This document shows positions 52,577-57,081 of a DNA stretch of 57,081 nt, piece after piece; the first letter of the stretch is position 1, and every line of letters starts with the position of its first letter. The notes under the pieces are model-generated. The model was not told the DNA's origin, searched no databases, and was given only the letters and a program-made list of their open reading frames with translations. This DNA comes from Patescibacteria group bacterium. Its GTDB lineage: Bacteria > Patescibacteriota > Patescibacteriia > UBA2591 > JAQUPP01. Location: contig JAQUOF010000003.1 in assembly GCA_028717225.1 (NCBI GenBank), forward strand, positions 1 to 57,081. The letters are read 5' to 3'. The position numbers were made by a program, and so were the translations under genes.

Positions 52577-52701
52577 TTGACCCCCACACCATAACTCAAC
52601 GTAAGGCTTTTTTAATATGAAGAGATAAGAGCGAAGCGGCTTCCGCCTTACGACTTTTATAATATGTAAATCAAGTGCTAAGTTTGGTGTGGGGGTTGAC
52701 A
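52577..52701 (+). repeat. Structured spacer element E5 (TTGACCCCC...GGGGGTTGACA), 125 bp
   Basis: Inverted repeat CCCCCACACCATAACT / AGTTTGGTGTGGGGG, inner stem CGTAAGGC/GCCTTACG. The 3' TTGACA plus N16 plus TATAAT forms a promoter. Confidence 0.75.
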
Positions 52702-52773
52702 AGGATTATAGATAAGTTATAATATGATTTGTATGACATTTCATATAAATCATATTATTTAATATAAAAATTT

Positions 52774-53010
52774 ATGAAAAAAGATTTTTTTGAAAGCATA
52801 GTTTGTTTTGACACTGCCACGGTCGGCGAGCGGGGACAAATAGTAGTTCCGGCCGAAATTCGCAAAAAATTAAAAATAAAAAGCGGCGATAAGATGGTGG
52901 CTTTTTTAACTCCGGCAGAAACAATAATTCTTATCCCGAGCAATAAATTCGGGAAGATTGTTTCCGTATTCCATAAAAAACTTGATAAATTAACAGAATT
53001 AATTAAATAA
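52774..53010 (+). CDS. AbrB/SpoVT-family DNA-binding protein
   Basis: GERGQIVVPAEIRKKLKIKSGDKMVAF swapped-hairpin motif. Confidence 0.75.
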   Translation: MKKDFFESIVCFDTATVGERGQIVVPAEIRKKLKIKSGDKMVAFLTPAETIILIPSNKFGKIVSVFHKKLDKLTELIK

Positions 53011-53027
53011 TTAACAAAAAATAAAAT

Positions 53028-54662
53028 ATGCGTTTACCTAAATTAAACAAAAAATTAATCATTTTAATAGTCATTATTATTTTGGCAATCGGCGGATTTA
53101 TTATTTCGCGCCGGCCGCAAAAATTGCAATTTGAGTCTATGGCTGTGAGCAAACAAAACATTATTCAAGAAGTTAGTGTTACGGGCCATATTAAGCCCGT
53201 GGAAACGGTTGATTTGGCTTTTGAGAAAAATGGCAAAGTAATTGAAGCTAATGTAAAAATCGGCGATAAAATAGAAAAAGGGAAGATACTGGTTAAACTT
53301 GATAATACGGAAGTTTTAACCGAACTTCGTCAAAACCAAGCCAATTTAGAAAGCGCCCAAGCCCAGCTTAATCAATATCAAGCCGCGCTTGACTCGCAAA
53401 AATCAAAATTGACCGAAATGGAAAGCGGCACCAGAATAGAAGAAATTCAAGTTCAAGAAATTAAAGTGGCCAATGCCAAAATATCTTTGGCAAACGCCAA
53501 AAACGATTTGATTGATAAATTAAAAGACGCTTACACCAAATCAGATGATTCAATAAAAAATAAAATTGATCAGATGTTTGACAAGCCGACCTCTGCGGAT
53601 CCGCAATTTAATTTTTCATTGAATAATTTCAGTTTGGAAATAAATCTTGAACAAGACAGAATTTCAATTGAAAATATGCTGACTGATTGGGATGATTCTT
53701 TGGGAGAAATTTCCGCGTCAAGTGATTTTGATATTTATTTATCTCAGGCTGAAAAAAATTTAGACCAAATTAATTCTTTTTTGGAACAAATCGCCAATGT
53801 GGTTAACGGTTTAACGCCGGCGATGTCGGGCCTTTCACAGACAACAATTGATACTCATAAATCCAATACTTCAATTGCCAGAACAAACATGAATACGGCG
53901 GTTGTTAATTTAAGCGCTGCGAAAGAAGGATTTGAAGCTGCTCAGTCGAGCCTTAATTTGGCAGAACAAGAACTTATTTTAAGCAAGGCGGGAACAGTTA
54001 AAGAACAAATTGATTCTCAAAAATTTCAAGTAAAACAAGCCGAGGCCAATGTTGTTTCACAGCAAGCGAAAATTAATCAAGCCGAAGCAAGTGTGGAAAA
54101 TACCAGAGTTCAAATGGAAAAACTGATTTTACGTTCGCCGATTGCAGGTATTGTTACCAAACAAGAGGCCAAAGTTGGAGAATTTGTTACTGCCAATACA
54201 GTGATGGTCGGAATAATGAGCGATAAAAATTTTGAAATTGAAACAAATATTCCCGAAGCGGATATTGCCAAAGTTAAAATTGGAAATTTGGCGAACGTAA
54301 CTCTTGATGCTTATGGTTCAAGCGTTGTTTGGCAAGCTGAATTGGTGAAAATTGATCCATCGGAAACCATGATTGAAGGAGTTTCAACTTATAAAACTAA
54401 TTTTCAATTTAAAAATGAAGACGAAAGAATTAAGCCCGGAATGACGGCTAATATTGATATTATTGCCGCTCAGCATGAAAATGTAATTACTATTCCTCAA
54501 AGATCGATTACCGACAAAGACGGCAAGAAAATAGTTAAAATTATTGACGGCAACGGATTTAAAGAAGTGGAAGTGGAAACCGGAATGCGCGGTTCGGAAG
54601 GAGAAATAGAAATTCTCAAAGGACTTAATGAAGGAGATAAAATTATTACTTCTATAAAGTAA
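53028..54662 (+). CDS. HlyD/MacA-type periplasmic adaptor with long coiled coil
   Basis: N-terminal TM, biotinyl-lipoyl-like GKILVKLD and LRSPIAGIV, long coiled-coil hairpin, C-terminal beta domain. Confidence 0.8.
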   Translation: MRLPKLNKKLIILIVIIILAIGGFIISRRPQKLQFESMAVSKQNIIQEVSVTGHIKPVETVDLAFEKNGKVIEANVKIGDKIEKGKILVKLDNTEVLTELRQNQANLESAQAQLNQYQAALDSQKSKLTEMESGTRIEEIQVQEIKVANAKISLANAKNDLIDKLKDAYTKSDDSIKNKIDQMFDKPTSADPQFNFSLNNFSLEINLEQDRISIENMLTDWDDSLGEISASSDFDIYLSQAEKNLDQINSFLEQIANVVNGLTPAMSGLSQTTIDTHKSNTSIARTNMNTAVVNLSAAKEGFEAAQSSLNLAEQELILSKAGTVKEQIDSQKFQVKQAEANVVSQQAKINQAEASVENTRVQMEKLILRSPIAGIVTKQEAKVGEFVTANTVMVGIMSDKNFEIETNIPEADIAKVKIGNLANVTLDAYGSSVVWQAELVKIDPSETMIEGVSTYKTNFQFKNEDERIKPGMTANIDIIAAQHENVITIPQRSITDKDGKKIVKIIDGNGFKEVEVETGMRGSEGEIEILKGLNEGDKIITSIK

Positions 54663-54779
54663 TAACAAATTCTAATTTATAGTTTATGGTTTTTAGTTGA
54701 TGGTTATAGTTATTCAGTTATTGGTTCTAAACTTGGAAACTATCAAACTAAAACTAAAAACTAATAACTCAAAACCAGT

Positions 54780-55499
54780 ATGGCTTTAATTGAAGTTAAA
54801 AATTTGGAAAAAATTTATCATACGGACAGCGTGGAAACGCCGGCCTTGATTGATACTTCTTTTAAAATAGAAGAAGGCGAATTTGTGGCGATCATGGGTC
54901 CGTCGGGTTCTGGAAAATCAACCTTGCTTCATATTTTGGGATTTTTAGATGAACCGACCGGCGGCGAATATTATTTTAACGGAAAACCATTCAGCGGTTA
55001 TTCGCAAAAAGAAATAGCCATGGTTAGAAATAAAAAAATGGGATTTATTTTTCAGACTTTTAATTTGCTCAGCCGAACTACTGTTTTGGAAAATGTAAAA
55101 TTACCGCTTCTTTATTCTGATGTTAAAGAATCACTTTGGAATGAAATGGCGAAAAAGGCGATTGAATCAGTCGGACTTTCACATAGAATCAATCATTTGC
55201 CTTCACAGCTTTCCGGCGGAGAAAAACAAAGAGTGGCTATTGCCAGAGCTTTAATTAATAATCCGCAAGTTATTTTTGCCGATGAACCGACCGGCAATCT
55301 TGATTCAAAATCAGGACAAATTATTATGGAAATCATTCAGCGATTAAACGAGAAAGAAGGCAAGACAATTATTTTAATCACTCACGAAACTAATACGGCC
55401 GAGCATGCTCAAAGAATTATTCATATGTTGGACGGTCAAATTGACAGCGATAAAACAGTTGGTACGCGTCGCAAGGCGACCGATTCTTTTACGAAATAG
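54780..55499 (+). CDS. MacB/LolD-type ABC ATP-binding protein
   Basis: [34 protein letters not shown]. Confidence 0.95.
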   Translation: MALIEVKNLEKIYHTDSVETPALIDTSFKIEEGEFVAIMGPSGSGKSTLLHILGFLDEPTGGEYYFNGKPFSGYSQKEIAMVRNKKMGFIFQTFNLLSRTTVLENVKLPLLYSDVKESLWNEMAKKAIESVGLSHRINHLPSQLSGGEKQRVAIARALINNPQVIFADEPTGNLDSKSGQIIMEIIQRLNEKEGKTIILITHETNTAEHAQRIIHMLDGQIDSDKTVGTRRKATDSFTK

Positions 55500-55503
55500 A
55501 AAT

Positions 55504-56745
55504 ATGAACATAAAATACAGCATTAAAACATCTTTAACCGGATTGAAAACAAATAAATCAAGATCATTTTTGACTATTTTAGGTATTGTTATCGGCATTA
55601 CGGCTATTATTTTGGTAATGTCTTTGGGCAAGGGAGCGCAAAATTTAATTTTGGGACAAATTCAGAGCATGGGTTCAAAAACAATTGCTGTTGTTCCCGG
55701 CCGCCAGCCAAGCGGCATGAGTGATTCGCTTAATACTTTTACCGATTCGTTGAAAAATAAAGATGTGGAAGATTTGCAAAAAAAATCCAATGTGCCGCAT
55801 TTGGCCGGAATTATGCCCATAGTTTTCGGTTCGGAATCGGCCACTCGGGAAAATAAAATCCATCAAACTACGATTTTCGGCGTTAATAATTTTTTCGCCC
55901 AAATTTATGACATTTATCCGGAAGAAGGGCGCCTTTTTACTGAAGAAGAAATCGCTTCCAAATCAGCTGTGGTAATTATCGGTTCAAAAATTAAAGAAAA
56001 ATTATTTGAAAGCGATGAAGAGGTTATAGGCCAAAAAATAAAAGTTAAAAATCAGAATTTGCGCATTATCGGCATTCTTCCAAAAAAAGGACAATTTTCT
56101 TTTATCAGTTTTGATGATGCTCTAATTGTTCCTTATACAACCGCTCAGCAATATATTTTCGGCATTAAATATTATAATCGTCTTGTTGTGGAAGTTGATG
56201 AAGAAAAAAATGTTGATCAGACGATAGAAGATATTAAAATAACTTTGCGCAATAATCACAATATTACCGATACGGACAAAGACGATTTTTTTGTTGAAAC
56301 ACAAGCTCAAGTAATGGAAATGGTTGGAACAGTAATGAATACTTTGACTCTTTTCTTGACGGCCATGGCCGCTATTTCTCTGATTGTCGGTGGGGTTGGT
56401 ATTATGAATATAATGTTGGTTTCAGTCACTGAAAGAACTCACGAAATCGGTTTGCGAAAAGCATTGGGCGCGACCAATCAGGATATTTTGAGCCAGTTTT
56501 TAATAGAATCAATGATGCTGACCATTATTGGCGGAATCATCGGTATTCTTTTGGGCGCTGGTTTTTCGTTTTTGATTTCATTGATTTTGTCAAAAATTAT
56601 GGCTTTGAATTGGACTTTTGCTTTTCCTGTTTCCGGCGCTTTGCTCGGTCTGGGAGTGTCGGCTTTTGTCGGTTTAGTTTTTGGAATTTATCCGGCTCGG
56701 CGTGCGTCTTTGAAAAATCCGATTGAAGCCTTGCGCTACGAATAA
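55504..56745 (+). CDS. MacB/FtsX-type ABC permease
   Basis: MacB_PCD-like extracytoplasmic domain between TM1 and TM2, and a C-terminal FtsX block (ERTHEIGLRKALGA). Start at ATG 55504, after the ATPase stop. Confidence 0.9.
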   Translation: MNIKYSIKTSLTGLKTNKSRSFLTILGIVIGITAIILVMSLGKGAQNLILGQIQSMGSKTIAVVPGRQPSGMSDSLNTFTDSLKNKDVEDLQKKSNVPHLAGIMPIVFGSESATRENKIHQTTIFGVNNFFAQIYDIYPEEGRLFTEEEIASKSAVVIIGSKIKEKLFESDEEVIGQKIKVKNQNLRIIGILPKKGQFSFISFDDALIVPYTTAQQYIFGIKYYNRLVVEVDEEKNVDQTIEDIKITLRNNHNITDTDKDDFFVETQAQVMEMVGTVMNTLTLFLTAMAAISLIVGGVGIMNIMLVSVTERTHEIGLRKALGATNQDILSQFLIESMMLTIIGGIIGILLGAGFSFLISLILSKIMALNWTFAFPVSGALLGLGVSAFVGLVFGIYPARRASLKNPIEALRYE

Positions 56746-56768
56746 ATTTAAGTGTTTTTTATATTTTA

Positions 56769-56800
56769 AAGGGTAGGTTTTGCCTACCCTTTTGATTTTT
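56769..56800 (+). terminator. Intrinsic terminator
   Basis: AAGGGTAGG-TTTTG-CCTACCCTT plus T-run. Confidence 0.8.
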
Positions 56801-56805
56801 CTAAA

Positions 56806-56845
56806 TATACACTTATTTTTCACGGCCGTGAAAAATAAGTGTATA
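56806..56845. repeat. 40-bp perfect palindrome TATACACTTATTTTTCACGG|CCGTGAAAAATAAGTGTATA
   Basis: Differs from the 48857 copy at two positions per arm, mirrored in both arms. Centre lies about 52 bp upstream of the -35 at 56878. Confidence 0.9.
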
Positions 56846-56877
56846 AATATAAAGAAGAAAAGATGTTAATAACTTTT

Positions 56878-56905
56878 TTGACAATTATCCAAAAAGGTAT
56901 ATATT
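56878..56905 (+). promoter_or_regulatory. Promoter TTGACA-N16-TATATT
   Basis: Read directly. About 140-nt leader before the RRM ORF. Confidence 0.5.
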
Positions 56906-57046
56906 AAAAAAGTAGCCCTGTAGTTAATATAATTTAATATTACGCATCTATATATATGATGCGCGGTCGAGTTCAGGGAAAATTAATTTAAAAGAGTTGC
57001 GCTCATAAGTGTTAAAACTTACCCGCGCATAAAATGTTAGAGTTAT

Positions 57047-57081
57047 ATGGAAAAGAAACTTTACATCGGAAATTTATCATA
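57047..57081 (+). CDS. RRM-type RNA-binding protein, N-terminal fragment (continues beyond window)
   Basis: MEKKLYIGNLS matches the RNP-2 motif (LYVGNL) at the start of bacterial RRM proteins. Only 11 codons are visible. Confidence 0.45.
   Translation, partial: MEKKLYIGNLS

Noticed and set aside
49518-52701. Interpreting E1-E5 as classical integron attC sites
   Set aside because: The termini (TTGACCC / GGGGTTGACA) do not fit the RYYYAAC / GTTRRRY core sites. The TTGA ends are direct, not inverted. The cassettes carry their own promoters. No intI-like integrase is present in the window. Only the general logic of conserved ends with variable stems is similar.
43012-52701. Direct repeat of the tRNA-Gln 3' end marking an integrase-mediated island boundary
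   Set aside because: Scanning by eye for GGTTCGAATCCATCTCCCGCA fragments downstream found only trivial 6-7 nt matches. No integrase gene is present. The island idea is kept as inference only.

Overview
AT-rich bacterial chromosomal window (about one-third GC by eye), densely coding. The gene content fits a small-genome Patescibacteria/CPR-like organism, but that assignment is inference only. The core backbone is: secA (3' part), three tandem NUDIX genes, secD/secF, murJ, lepA, a PurD-like ATP-grasp gene, a stand-alone PorB-like gene, three tRNAs, parA/parB, topA, dprA, murG, murC, a CIRCE-controlled hrcA-grpE-dnaK operon, an ABC-2 exporter, rpsI, a five-gene glycosyltransferase/O-antigen-ligase-like cluster, tRNA-Gln, and an AbrB plus MacAB-like efflux operon. 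Between these lie accessory stretches (about 20-23 kb, 28-34 kb, 43-52.7 kb). They hold small unrelated ORFs, most with near-consensus TTGACA-N16/17-TATAAT promoters, strong Shine-Dalgarno sites and their own terminators, whereas most core genes have no visible SD and several look leaderless.

The strongest candidate for something new is at 49.5-52.7 kb. It is a cassette-like array of single-gene units separated by five structured 121-160 bp elements. Each element starts TTGACCC and ends GGGGTTGACA, and each has its own variable internal inverted repeat. The 3' end of each element supplies the -35 box of the next gene, and two copies are inverted relative to each other around one gene.

Other notable items:
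- A GIY-YIG ORF carried inside a 20-bp perfect inverted repeat, inserted between parA and parB, with an empty palindromic copy of the same element downstream of dprA.
- Two about 40-bp perfect palindromes with mirrored substitutions, each placed about 52 bp upstream of a promoter.
- (AAATTCC)n heptamer repeats translated in frame in murG and murC.
- GC-rich palindromic sequences translated in frame in murC and in a glycosyltransferase.
- SecD carrying a parvulin-like segment.
- An OMP-like beta-barrel ORF.

No CRISPR array, rRNA, integrase or transposase gene was recognised. All family calls come from motif recognition by eye; no searches were run.
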